Shown: positions 1 to 12,653 of the stretch, in pieces
How positions within the stretch are numbered: the stretch's first letter is position 1
Layout: every line of letters begins with the position of its first letter
NCBI GenBank assembly: GCA_030704615.1
Contig: CM060733.1
Span: 70,370,001-70,434,000, forward strand
Source of the DNA: Takakia lepidozioides
Lineage: Eukaryota; Plantae; Bryophyta
Direction of reading: 5' to 3'
DNA length: 64,000 nt
The notes under the pieces: model-generated
Seen by the model: the letters and a program-made list of their open reading frames with translations, nothing else
Databases searched by the model: none
Told to the model about the DNA's origin: nothing
Program-made: the position numbers and the translations under genes

Positions 1-1
1 T

Positions 2-2748
2 CCCGCCTGCTTCCACTTTCTCTCCAAAGGAGGGCGGAGAAACGAGACGGATTGGACTGGCACAACCCATCATCCATTCATTGTCTCCAGCCAAGCTCCT
101 GCGGGTACTTTCAAGTGCGCACATTGCAAAGAACCACCGATGTGCAGGTCCATGTGCAGAGCCAAGCAATATTACATAATCCATTTGCTCCCGGACTTGA
201 CTAGAGCTTGCATACACGTAGGGGTCCACTGCCACCCCTTGGCAAGAGGCAACATGCGGGAGGCTGTGCAGGAAGCACACGACATCATAAAAGAGGAGGT
301 GAAATTGAGCCCCGGAGCCAGACCAAAGCAGATTCAGCTGAAGGCAGCCCACAAGATTGCTCTTGGCAAAATCATGTCTAAAGATGGTTCAGACCGAGTG
401 CCCTTGAACGAAGAGGAGATGCTTGACCTGTTGGAGTCCGTCTCGCACGTTTGTAGTCCGAATGTGCGGAATCACATCGTATCTTGCAAGCAGGAGTTCA
501 GCGGGGGGTCGGACATGCACTCAATCCTGGAGGTGAAACGAATGACTGGATATGACTACATCCAAGGTAGCAGGTTTCTAGGGCAAGGCAGCGAATCCGA
601 TCGTTGTTACATTTTTAAAATGTCGACGTGTGGGCCTGGGAGTGGAGTCGACTTGGTCACTCACATGACAACTGGAAACTTGTCGAATGCTTGGGTGATG
701 TTTGATCACATCAAGCGAATTACAAACCATCAGTGGGTGACTATGGGTGCGCATGTTTATGACTATCACTCCAAGAGGCTCATGACGATTGCAATCTGCG
801 AGATGAAAGGGGAGGACACACAGTCGGAGATGCATTTGTGGGAGGGCATAAACGAGCAGATGGCAAGGGCGGGATTGCCAGAGCCCAATTTCAGGGGATT
901 CATGGCAGACAGCGCTCAGGCCAACTGGGCAGCGGTGCGGCGTGTGTACGGTGAGGACCCCAATGTTCCAATGGAGGGGAAAGAGAGATCCTGTGGATTC
1001 CATTGGATACAGAGTCTATCTCACTACACTACCAAATTTATTGCTAGCTCATTCCAGGCTGAACACCGTGTCCTTTGTACGGCGTGGAAGGACGCACCCA
1101 CATTTGATGACGCAGAGGTTAAGTTTGTTATCATCGAGGCTTGGTGGAACACGTCAGGTGCAGTGGAGACAACCAATCTGGGAGCCTTGCACAGCTGGTT
1201 GGGGTGGTGGCATTTCCGGTATCGACAGTTCGGACAGTACATACGAGAGGTATGATGCTGTCATTTTCGTGCAATTGTCTTTCTATTACGGACCTTTCCA
1301 TTGGTACCTCACCATTGTTTGTGTCCTTGTAGGAGCGGTGCTTGGATTCCGACACGGACATGCCGAACACGAATATGGCAGAATCAGTCCACACCTCCTG
1401 GCAAGCGTCTTCTGCCGCACATTTGGTGGACGTAGTGACGGCCACAACGGAGGACATCGACCGAGCAATCATGCAGCAAGCCACGTACTACAAGTTCCTG
1501 AGCGGGAAACAATGGGGCTTTGGGCCGGACAGGCAGGAATTGTTGGTACGAACAGCTTCGAGGTCGAAGAATCCACTGAAATGGGCGACAACATTGCGAG
1601 AGAAGATCAAAGGGACGCCTCTGCACCACAGAGGTGAACACCTAGAGGGGGACGTCCATACTCGCCCTGTGAGGCGGAGGATTGAAGATGAACCCGGGTG
1701 CGAAGAGGATTCCTGGAGACCCGACAGGAACATTCGGACAGCACCTCGAGGTCCCGTCATGTTGCCGCACAATGTGTCGTCCAGCAGTGGAAGCCCAAGA
1801 AATTCCAGATCGCCATTGATTTCAAACGGGGATTCCGTGCGAGAAATTCCCCCCGCTCGCTTGCCCCAGATTCCGCCCGCTGTTATGCAGTATGGCCAAG
1901 CCATTGTGGAGACAACTGTGTCTGCGTCACAGTGGAGAATTGCTCGCACAAAGCCGTCGTTTCGAGGCAGGTGTTCCACAATTCGAGTGGATACACGACA
2001 ACGTTGTTTAGAGATGATAAGGAGGAATCCAGATGGGGCTGTCCCTGCTCCTACTTTTACATTTGTCCATGCAAAGTTTGCGGAGGCGACAACCACCCAG
2101 TTCTGGTTCTACAGGCACGACATTATGTATGGAAAGCCCAAGTACGGCATACAAACAATGCCAGAGGCTCCCCCGGTGTGGCCGGTGGAACCAGGCTGCG
2201 ATCTGAGTCAGGTTGAGGCCGACGCCCTTACTGCCGCAGGATTTCGGATGGTGCAGCGCACTGACGTCCCCAGACAACCATTTCCGCTTCCGCAGCCTCC
2301 ACCACCGACCCCTGTGAGAGCAAGAACACTGGGACGCGACAGCTCTAAGCATCCTACACACCGTTGGGGGAAACCGAAAAGGCGGCGACCTCCCTCAAAA
2401 GTGAACGAGACAAGGATGGGGAATGCACTTCGGATGAACTGCACAATCCAGAGCTCGACAGAAGTGCCCCCACCAGGCTTTGGGCATGTGTATCAGATGG
2501 CCACGGCAGGCTCACCTATTCGCAATGAGGTGTATACCATCACCATTTCAGAATCACCCACCTGCAATTGCACCGACTTCCAGATCATGGCGAACAAGGG
2601 GGCATCATACTGCCCTTGCAAGCATCTGTACTACGTGTACCTAAAGAGACTCCGGTGTAATTCCACAACTCATCACTTCATACATGCACCAGGGTTGAGC
2701 CCCCAAGAGGTGCACACTCTTCTGAATATGGATCCAGGGGACGAGTGA
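2..2748 (+). CDS. MULE DDE transposase with GCM-like N-terminal Zn domain and C-terminal SWIM finger (5' partial; exons <2..1249 and 1333..2748)
   Basis: Motifs WVMFDH, FMADSA, CGFHW (CxxH), TNMAESVH and SWIM CNCTDF...CKH. GT..AG intron 1250-1332 (83 nt) joins ORFs 140..1255 and 1342..2748 in frame (QYIRE|ERCLDSD). No stops seen. Confidence 0.88.
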
Positions 2749-3520
2749 GCTTGGCTTGCGGTCCCCACACAATGGTATGCCCATCCTTTTCGGATAGTAG
2801 AACAAGACTACTGCAAGTACCTCTGACCCTGGCCACAAAAAGGTCCGACTTATGTCTTGCCTACCAGTAACATGTTTTGTTCGAACTAAGATAATACTAT
2901 GTCATTCACTTGTGTTTCCACGTGCTTGTATTTTTGTTTGTTGGAGGGTTCCTGTTTTTCTGCTCTCCCAAACTTTGTTTTCCTTATTCGACCCCCGGCA
3001 AGGAAATGCGGCGCCGCATTTCCAAGTAACGTCGTAGGTACTAGTAGATGCGGCCTTCGTCATAGCAAGATAGTCGCACCCAGCCTTCACGGAGCCGACC
3101 GTCGCCAACACCAAACCCCCTAGAAATTTTGCACGTGCGAACCCTAATGCGGCACCGCATTTCCCAGTTGAGTCGCAAACCTTTCCCGCCGAATACCCGA
3201 AGATGACAAATTGTGAAGTACTACATACTCTATTGGTTCAATCGCGGTAAAAGGGTCAGCTTCATTCCAATGTTAAGGCATGTGAAACTGCGGAATACTC
3301 TATACAGGCCAGTATGCGATGTCCTTTTGCCGTGGTATACTGGATTTCTCGTTGCACGGTCACTCATTTCCATGAGCGGATCTAAAAAACCATGAGCGGA
3401 CTTGTTACTAACGACATATCTTTGCCACAATACAAGATCTGGAATTTCCAAAAACGGCAAGGTCAAATTAAAAACTATTATTTTAATACTTGTTTAATCT
3501 GCCGCATTTCCAAATTTGGA

Positions 3521-3616
3521 GGAGTCCGCTCATGAAATCCGCGTGTCTTAGACTTCGGCTCACCGCTCATGCGGCTCATGCGGCTCATGGTTTCTGCTCA
3601 TGAAATAGTAAACCTC
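3521..3616. repeat. Right TIR and subterminal GCTCATG repeats of MULE copy 1
   Basis: Tandem GGCTCATGC/GCTCATG units; terminal 21 bp are the imperfect inverse of GGGGGCTGCTATTTCATGAGC at 13464. Confidence 0.85.
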
Positions 3617-3622
3617 AGTGCA

Positions 3623-4330
3623 ACTGAAATGCGGCACCGCATTTCCGTCCGAGTCGTACCTTCCGACATTCCATAACAGAAATGTGGCGCCGCATTTCCG
3701 TTTTGCATCTCAAGCATGCAGCAGTGCGACGGAAATACGGCACCGCATTTCCGTCCGGGGGAAACCTTTATACTCTCCAAAACAGAAATGTTGTGCCGCA
3801 TTTCCGTCCGACAAGTAAGGTATGTGACAGTGGAACGGATATGCGGTACCGCATTTCCGTTGTGATTGAAAATCATGAACCACTGCAACTGAAATGCGGC
3901 GCCGCATTTCCGTTTTTTATCTCAGGCATGGAGCTGTGGGACGGAAATGCGGTACCGCATTTCCGTTGTGATTGAAAATCATGAACCACTGTAACTGAAA
4001 TGCGGCACCGCATTTCCGTTCGAGTCGCATCTTCGGACTTTCTAGAACGAAAATGCGGCGCCGCATTTCCGTAGTGTATCTCAGGCATGGAGCTGTGGGA
4101 GGGAAATGCGGCACCGCATTTCCGTCCGAAGGAAACCTTTATACTGTCCAGAACGAAAATGCGGTGCCGTATTTCCGTCCAACAAGTAAGGTATGTGTAC
4201 GTTCGGGATGCTACTTAACGGAAATGCGGCGCCGCATTTGCGTTTTCACTCTAACTCATCAGACGCTGGGACAGTAATGCCGTGATATGTGAACACGTGG
4301 ACCAACAGAATTGCGGCACCGCTTTTTGAT
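3623..4330. repeat. Phased palindrome array, core GGAAATGCGGYRCCGCATTTCC, 53-bp period
   Basis: GAAAT-equivalent positions at 3626, 3679, 3732, 3785, 3838, 3891, 3944, 3997, 4050, 4103, 4156 (all +53), then 4221 and about 4308. Confidence 0.95.
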
Positions 4331-4685
4331 GTCTGCACTCATGCTGGCTGAAGTGGCAGGAGGCGGCGCGGTCTGACCGTTGGTTAATGTTGTTGTTTTG
4401 CGGACGACAGACGTACCTTTGACGATTCAAATTTCGTAATGACGCATAGTCCACGAGGAGACACTTCCATCCTAGCCTTTCGAACCCAAGCGGTGCATCA
4501 TCGTCGTTTCATCTTCATTTGTCGTGTCTACTCATTCACCCCTCTCGCGCCCTTTCCATCTGCACTCTTCGCCCCTTTTCCGCATCTGTTTTCTTCTTAT
4601 GCTCCAACCTAAGAGGGAGGAAGTTCCTGCACCAGAGAAGAGACATCATCGCAAGCTCCGCAAATTGTACTTCGGGCGAAGGCCA

Positions 4686-6841
4686 ATGTCGAAGGGGAGG
4701 AAGCAGATGCGTCTTCAGGAGGAGATGGTCATCTCGCAGCAGCAGGCAACGCAGGCAACCCAGCCACCAGTGAGAGCTCCGTGCTATCGGGATGCGCGCA
4801 GCTGATCGAGCACCGAAACCCTCCCTCATTTTTGTTGTGCAATTCTTAGACTGTATGGTAGGACACTTGAATGCAGAAGATGTTTGCATGCCTAACTCAA
4901 AAGGTGGAGGTGATGGAGGGATCGTAGGAATCCAAAGAGCCGCAGGAAGAATCTGTGGAACTAGCTGCAGCACGCACACCCAGCCGATTCACGAGCACGG
5001 GTCTCCCTGCCGGGCCTAGCCCTGTGCGTTTCAAGGACGCGGTTTGGAAAGGCAAGGCTTTGCAGTTCCAAGCCCCAAAAAACAGTCGCGTTTGAAGGTC
5101 ATGGAGAATCGCCTGCAGAAGTCGGGCCCTTCTCCAGTAAAGACAAAGAAGAAGCAGCCCGTCCTTGAACTGGTTTCTGAACCGGACCGGGCCGTTTCCT
5201 CCCCCCCCCAAGAGAATGAAGTAGAAGGGTGCAGTGCAGATTCAAATGCAGCAGACGCCTTCACCTGTAAGAATGAAGAAGCAGAATGCAAATAGGGGGA
5301 GGTTGGAGCAGTCTCCCGCAAAACCGATTCCACGAACTGAAGCCCAGTTCCTACTTGATTTCCAGCCAGGTGATGTTGGGGGCTTCTCTGCTACAGCGAA
5401 GGCAAGGGGATCGACCGATTTCGTGGATCTGTCAGCGGAGGAGGGTGCTGCTGCTCAACGTTTGCAGCAGCACTTCTCCACTTTTCAGGAAGAACTTCAG
5501 AATGCTGCAGGCCCGGAGGAGGCCTCTGCAATTCGAAAATTGTCCACAAAGATTCTCCAGACTTCAGTTGCAGTTGGGGATGCTCCAGCTACTCAGCCCC
5601 TACCGCCACCTGCAGAAATGTCTCCGGAGGAATTCCAAAGTGTAGCGGATACAATGTTGGAGGAGACACACAGTAGCATTGACAGAGTTCTGGGCAGCAG
5701 GGTATTCCAGCGGACTCTTCGAATTCCATTCTGTCGCATGGTCTCCCTTCCCATCGTCAAGCAGGTTCTTCCAGGAAATGTGGATAAGCTCAAGTTCGCA
5801 TTTCGAGAAGGGTACCGTCTAGGTTCACCAGCCTTCTACGTTTCCATTGAGAATGAGGACGGCGAAACTCGTGGACCCACTGCGGATGAATTGTCAGGAT
5901 GGGATACCCATTGGCACACTCGCAACGACGAATTCGAGACAATGCTGAAGGGTGATTTAGACTTTGGCCATATGTCGGGCAAAATGTTTTTTGTGTAGGA
6001 CGGGAATCACCGACTTCTTTCCTGGTGGGAGTACATCAAGCAGAACCATTCCAAGCATATTGGCTGGCATTACATGGTGGAGTGTGTCATCCTCAAGGTG
6101 AAGGCGGCAGACTCCTCCCTGCTCAAGAATGCCATGGCGGACCTCAACTCGTAAGATTCTCATACCCTCCCAAGCACATCCGAAATGCGGTGCCGCATTT
6201 CGGTTTCCAATCAGTTTTGTTTCCGTGGACTGAACTGGAGAGTGTACCTTGCAGGGTCACTGAAAATGCTTACGTGCATACCCACATGGCACATATGCTG
6301 TACAAGGTGAGGAAAACTGGTCTTACTGACCCGCATATGTTCGCCGAAATGCTGGAGCCCAAGCTCATTCAAAAAGCCCTAGCAAAAACAGAACCAGACA
6401 TGGTATCGCCTCACTATGGATGGAATGGTGGAGGTGATATACGAAGTAAGTCGTCCTCCCATTTTCCTCTGCTCATCCTTCCCCAATTTCTAGTCATCTT
6501 TCCACATGGATCCTATGTAATGCTTCTGCATGTTTTTCTTGGCAGTCAAACATCAAGCTGGATTTGGCCCATGCCAAATACTTCTTCATGGAAAGTGAGG
6601 GGCAGACAAAAACATTGCAGTCATTGACCGAGCACTTGAAGGAAGCCAGGGTCAAGTCCAGAATCAAATACAAGTCAAAGCTTGTGAAGCTGGTGGCCAT
6701 TGCAGATCCGGCACTTGGAAAGGACTTCATCCTCGAGATTGCAAAACACTATTCTCGGGCCATGTAGCCGACCATGCAGTTGGAGAAACTGCATGACCTC
6801 TCAACGACATGTGTGGAGGCGAAAGAGAAGGTGAGGTTTCA
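4686..6841 (+). pseudogene. Truncated copy of the ParB-like/MTase-like cargo gene (N-terminal ParB-like part only)
   Basis: ORFs 5234..5998 and 6564..6767; FFV*DGNHR (TGG>TAG); intron 6151-6254; premature stops; cut at 6841. Confidence 0.8.
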
Positions 6842-7409
6842 GATTGCAGAATTCAGTACCTTGATCCGTGAGGATCTCGAAAGGGCACCCATGGCGGAGA
6901 ATCACTTTATCAAAGAAGAATTGTACGACTTCATCACTGTCCTTAGCAACCAGTGGTCGGAGCTCAACCCATCTTGTTAGGTAATCCGTAGCAACAGCAA
7001 TATATGCATGGCCCTTGGACGTGGGTTTTAGGGGTCCAACTAGATCTAGGCCAACCCTTGCAAAAGGCTCAGTAATAGGGATTGGCTCTAAAGGCAGTGG
7101 AGCTTCGGTTCTAGGCAGTATGGTCTTAGCATGACAAGGTATGCAACAAGCACTAAAAGTTGAGACATCCTTGACTAAGCCCTTCCAATGATATTGTTCT
7201 TGAAGACGCTTGACTATCTTTGTAACCCCCAAATGACCAGCATAAGTAGATGCATGATACAGCTCAAGCAAGGCATGAATAGTGGACCTAGGAGACGTCC
7301 ACAGTAGATAGGCCTTCCAAAGCATCAATTTTGAACAAGCGCCCTTCACTTTCTCAGTGGGTAGGTAAGAGATAGTTAAGTCTTGATGATTTGATTCTTG
7401 TTTCCCCAC
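6842..7409 (-). pseudogene. Ty3/gypsy integrase fragment
   Basis: H..GH zinc motif with CxxC, VGLDLVGP, DYLTRW, ILTDQGTEF; truncated before the catalytic E. Confidence 0.85.
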
Positions 7410-8204
7410 CCTCAGCCCAGACTGTTCCTGCTCCTACTATAACTGACCAAGGGACTGAGCTCATACTCTAAGGCCTGCTTACACCTTCATAGGCAGCCAC
7501 TGAAAGGCTGAAAGGATGGGTCTAGAGTCTAAAGTGAATTTTGGGAAGATAAGTGATAAAATTTATAAAACAATTACAAATAAATATGGGTACCAATAAA
7601 TCGTGCTTCCAAAATTTAAATTAATATAGGGTGTGAAATATAGAAGTTATTTATTTATTTTTTACAACTACCAGTAGGATATTGATAAATACCTGGGACA
7701 CGTGTCGTCTAGTCACTGGTTTATTAGGTGGGCTAGACTAGTCATATGTGTACAAATTTCTAAGTTCTAGGATGAAAACTGCAAACAAGGGTGGATGTTC
7801 ATCTAGTTTTTCCATGTGAGTAGGGTTGCGTGAAGGAACGAGAGAGGGTAGCATGTTGTGTGGTGTTGATGCTCACCGAACATTTTGCTAGGCAGATAAC
7901 GTTATTTGGTATTGTGCTTGCAACGGCGTACTTAGGTTTTTCTGCTTATTGTGGCAACACAAAATGCGTTAGGAACCTGAAATGGAGGTGGGGGGTCAGT
8001 TTGACAATATAGGCTGCTGCTTATTTTTTATTTTATTTCTAATATAGCGTGCCTAAAATTTGCTAGCAGCAGCAAATTATAATTAATATATCTTGCCAGA
8101 AAATATAGCATTTTACAAATTTATATAAATATAGGGTGGCCGATAAAGACCAAAACTAAAATAATACCCCTCTATAAAATACATTTTTTTCGCACGTGAT
8201 ACAT

Positions 8205-8832
8205 GAAAGATATAGGGAGTGATCTCCCCGAGTCTCCAACATCAATGGCTGTGATCCCGATTCCAACAAGACTCGTAGTGGCCGATACCTCCTCTCGAGT
8301 CCTAGCTGGGCCACCCAACTGAAACACACCATCCTGATTGTCCACCAGGACTACCCCATGAGTCACCATACTGCGTTCAATGGCTGACCTAGCTGACAAC
8401 TCCTGCAACCTTGTAGCTGCCGCTTGCCATAGCGCAACTGTGGCTGACTTCACCCTTGAATCCAGCACATCTATGCACTGCACCTTCTCCGCTATCCCTG
8501 CAGATAGTGCGGATGCATCACCTCTCTCACAGAGTGTAACTGCCAGTCTAAACACTGCAGCTGGTCAAATCCCTGGTATTGCAATTGTTATTGCAGAAAA
8601 CAATTGAGCTTGGCAAATCGCCATAGCCGCCCCCAACAATGTACTACTTGTACCTTGTTTCCCAGTAGTATCCATTGGTATCCCCCGAGCCATGTCAACT
8701 CTTCGCAATGGCACTCTTGGCTTTACCTTTGACACACTGGGACAAACCGGCACCATCGAGGTGTGGTTGGCACCGTCTCGGCCAATGTGAAAGACTGGGG
8801 AGGCCTTGTCTGTCGACTTGCTTCCCCTATTT
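8205..8832 (-). pseudogene. Gag-protease fragment related to the DNMT-bearing gypsy family
   Basis: FRLAVTLC, WQAAATRLQEL and GVVLVDNQDGVF match 48060-48640; ends abruptly at CACTA 8833. Confidence 0.75.
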
Positions 8833-11800
8833 CACTATAGGAAAAGGGGGGCCTTTGCGACGCCCGCGCCACGCCGCAACGTCGGGAAAACGCCCTTTTC
8901 AGGCACGCGGCAGGCGCAGAATTTGCGACGCCCGGCCGTCGTCCGGCAGTCGCATGGGCGTCGCCAAAATGACGTCCCAAAAATGCGACGTAAGGGGGTC
9001 GCGAGCCCCCGCCCCAACTCCCGTGACTGCCAGACGTCGGTTTTTCAGGCCGTCCGCGCCGATGGCAGGGGCCTCTTCGAGCGACGTCTCGCCGTCGCGG
9101 CCCTCCAGCCGACGGCATTGGTGGGGGCGCCGGCGCGGCGTCACATCCCCTTTTTTTTCTAACCTGCCCGGGAGTCCCATCCTAAAACCCAAAAACACGT
9201 GGCGTAACCCGGGTGGTACGCCAAGCGACTATTGGGCGTGGCAAACAAGCAGCAAGAGCAGGAGTCGGTCTCCACCACGCCCGGGCGTGGGTTGTTGCGA
9301 CGCTCCGGCGTCGCTTTAGTTTTATATTTAATTTTAAAAAAAAAACGTGGCGCAGGCAGGGTGGCGGTCTCCGCGACGCGAGGGCGTGGCGGCTTGCGAT
9401 CCCCGGACTAAAAAAACACGTCGCAAGGGGTGTCGGGCCTTGCCGCCCGCAAATGGGGTTTGCAACGCCCAACCGTCGCTGCTTGCAACCCCCGCCCAAA
9501 AACACGTCGCCATTGGCGACGTGCTGCAGTCGCAAGGGCAGCCTGGTGGGGGGGGGGTGTTGGGGGTTGATTTTGGGGGTGAATTGGGGGTGGTTTTTTG
9601 TTTTTTGCCTGGTTTTGTATTTGGGGATGGGAGACCTTACAGTTCCATTTCTCTGATTTAGCAGGTACACAATTGAGCAAGCATGAATTGAGGGTGAGAA
9701 CGGTGCAACACATGAATAAGATGGAAGATGGAAGATGGAAATATGGAAATGTATTTACATGAAATGAGCTGAAAAGCTCACAAGGGTTCAGTAGGCTGAC
9801 CCTAGGACCTACATGGACTAGGACTAATCATCCTCATCCTCATCCTCAGTGGAGGACTCAGAGCTATCTGATGAGCCTGATGACTCCGCGCCCTTTGCCA
9901 GAGCACGTAAATGAGGCGGCGTTCCCCTAAGTCCCACAGAGCTCTCATCCAATCCCTGGCCATGACCCTCGACCTCATCCATACTAGTGCCCTGTAGTGC
10001 ACTCATCCCCTCTGTGTTGGCCATGTTCTTCATGAGGGATTGCCAACCATGCTCCTTGGCGTAGTTGTACTCTACCGGAGATGGCTTCCTCTCAAACGTG
10101 CGTTGCTACACATGCCACAAATTAAAGTCAGTTCTTTGCGATGATGGAGCCAGAAAGAAGACATAACAAAATCCATAGGGAAGTACGACTTACAAATCGC
10201 AAGATAAAACCCTTGGATCCGCCGGCGCCCCACTTGTGTATGGATTCGTGCTTGTCAAGGCGGACTGTTGTTGCTTCGCGTGCCCGGTCAAATTTGGCCT
10301 TGTTTGCGGCATCAATCTCTCCCGCAATGAGTGCATCCCACGATACCTATGCACCCCCCCCCCCCCCAACAATTAGTGAATTACACACATACGTTGCATC
10401 GAATCCACCTCATTAATGCACATGCGACAAATGGAAGGTGACATGATTCAAGATTTGCCAACCTGTGTAATTCCATAGGGTGGTTTGGGTATGGCCCCCT
10501 TTTCCATTGCCCTCCGAATGATCTGTCTGGCACGGTACCTCCTGTCCTTCAAGTTTCGCCCCACCATCTCCATCACCCTTGTGTCACTCCAATTGCCCGG
10601 AAACCGGCGGTCTAACTCACGGGCATACGCCCGCTTCGCGCCAAAGTGCTGATCAGCCCACTCGATGTGCAAAGGGAACCACCTCAATGCGAGTTCGAAG
10701 GCTGGCTTCTTCATAGCCTCCCAGAACGCACCGCAAGGGTCACCATGGCGATTCATCTCCACCGGTGGCACCACAATCTTTGCCAACTCCACGTCTTGTA
10801 TCACCAAGGCCATCCCACCCTCTCCTTTCTTTGTAGCCTCCTTCCCCTGCTCCTTTGTTACCCCACTGCCCTCCCCCGCATGCGCACTCACCCCTTCCTC
10901 TCCATGGGACTTCTTTTTCTTCTTCTTCTTTTCCTTCCCCTTCTCCACGACCATCTCCTTCCCCATTGCCCGCTACTTCCTCTCTCTCCTTCTCCCTCTC
11001 CCTTCTCTCTCTCTTCTCGGCAGCCCCTTCATTGATGGTAAAAGGGATCTCGGGAGATTGAGGCCTCTTCTTCTTACCTTTGGTGTTCGGGTCCTTCATG
11101 AACACCACGTGCTCTCCCTCATTGGCAACCCCACTGGACTGCACCAATGAGGCCAGCCATGTTGCTGCCTCCTGAAGACAAATAACCCCTCCAAATTCAA
11201 AAAAAGAAACAAACAACAAAGAAAATCATGCATGCAAAGGAAAGGATAAATCATGGAACAAGGTGCGACAATTGTACCTTTGCAAGCTTGTCCGACTCGC
11301 CCTTGGTGTCACCCGATGTGGGAGGAGTCCCCGTTGCCGGATGTGCCCGCTCTATCCCCTCCCGGAGCGCCACTGGAAGTAGATTCCAGATGTGGAGCAT
11401 AGCCGGCGGCGGCGCCCCGTAGTCCAGGCCCTTCTTTGCTGACCGCTTAGGCTCAAGGGGCTGTGTCACTGATCGGCTAGGCTGCTCCAAACCGGCCCAT
11501 ACCTCCTCTTCTCCCCCCCCCAAATGCGTATCAGGGTAGAAGCCCTCACCCGACTTGACTTCTTTGAGGCGCTTCGCTATCTTGGCCACTTCATTGGCCC
11601 TCCTCGTCTCCTCCTCCCTCATCGACAACAATGGGCTGGCAATGGAGGGTTTCAAAGGCCCTTGAACCTGACGTTGGGCCTTGGCAAGTGCAGCCTTTGC
11701 TGCGGAGGAAGGGGTTGTTATGGGGGTGACATCCAAAAGGTGCCCATACCGGGGCCCCAAACGGGTGATGTGCTTGCCAAGGTACATTTCACCCATCTTG

Positions 11801-12140
11801 GTGGCCGGGGGTGTGCTCAACTGAGCATCCGGCTCAGCAACAACCTCCCGAATAGGAGAGCTGGCTGAGCCGGCCCCTAGCACATCCAAGATGTGGACAA
11901 GAGGGGGGGTACTGGCCTCGGGGGGTAGACGAGCCGTCCGGCTGCGGCTATCGACGGGGCTGGTTAACCGTGAGACGCCCTGGCGTGTCACACGTGCCGG
12001 CAGAGTAAACGGATTGTCCGCCCTTTCTTTGGGGCAGGGGACTTCTTCTCTTTCCCCATAAGCTGGCACCTGTCATGCAAACCCACGAGTTGGCCTCATT
12101 AGGAACATTCCAGATCAAAAACAAAAAAAACCAAGCATGT
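8833..12140. mobile_element. CACTA/EnSpm-like element, one terminus plus ORF2/TnpA-like gene (other end not seen)
   Basis: CACTATAGGAAAAGGGG starts exactly where the retro fragment is cut; dense direct and inverted GCGACG/CGTCGC subterminal motifs 8850-9540; right boundary approximate. Confidence 0.65.
9824..12069 (-). CDS. Multi-exon CACTA TnpA/Ptta-like protein (exon boundaries approximate)
   Basis: ORFs 11251..12069, 10448..10966 (RRFPGNWSD...KPPYGIT), exon with HKWGAGGSKGFILRF and FERKPSPVE, acidic tail 9824..10033; GT/AG-like junctions. Confidence 0.5.
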
Positions 12141-12149
12141 TGGGGGCTG

Positions 12150-12653
12150 AGAGCAGCAAGTGCTTGGGGTCTCGAGAGGGGGCAACAAAGAGAAAAGAAA
12201 AAGGTTGGGGGGGGGAGTGACTGAGCACCACCAACAGCTACTGAGCACCACGGGCTCAGTCAACCCCCCCCCCCCCCCCCCCCATTTTTTTTTTTTTGGT
12301 TTCCTGATCTGTCCCTCTCTCTCTCCCTCTCTCTCCCTCTCCCTCTATACAAGGAACTTTCTTGTATTTTTTCCAAAACCCAGGAAGGCTTGGACTATTT
12401 CTCTCTAAACCATATTTTAAATCTCATCCATACTGGATGTAATCATGAAAATGGATGAATTCCATTAAAGAATATTCTCTGATAGCCGGGTTCTTTGGAT
12501 GATTTTGGTCATGAGAACTAACCCTAATGAAAGCCAGACCCTATTTTGGATGTCATCCCTACTAGATGACATCATGATGAAATCAGGGAAGTTTTTTACA
12601 TCTCATTACCTGTTTTTCATCTAATTTGGATGAAATCGCGAAGGTTTGCCCTA
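12150..12653. repeat. Dispersed non-coding repeat, possibly end of a non-autonomous hAT-like element
   Basis: Shares with 37790-38302 a G-run/GACTGAG...CTCAGTCA/C-run hairpin, CT tract, GGATGA motifs and terminus TTTGCCCTA (TAGGGCAAA). Confidence 0.45.

Larger units (their letters stand above)
1..3616 (+). mobile_element. MULE-like DNA transposon, copy 1 (right part; left part outside window)
   Basis: Near-identical to 32050-35658 and ends in the same terminus ...GCTCATGAAATAGTAAACCTC at 3616; contains the transposase. Confidence 0.9.
3617..6841 (-). mobile_element. MULE family internal fragment, copy 3 (opposite orientation): palindrome array plus 5' half of ParB-MTase gene
   Basis: Reverse-complement homology to about 19770-22900; homology stops at ...GTGAGGTTTCA 6841. 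Confidence 0.85.

Noticed and set aside
3623-4330. True CRISPR array
   Set aside because: Spacers recur in five classes, no cas genes, eukaryotic transposon context, and the repeat is also dispersed singly in introns
8675-9713. Arg/Pro-rich overlapping ORFs
   Set aside because: By-products of GC-rich CACTA subterminal repeats
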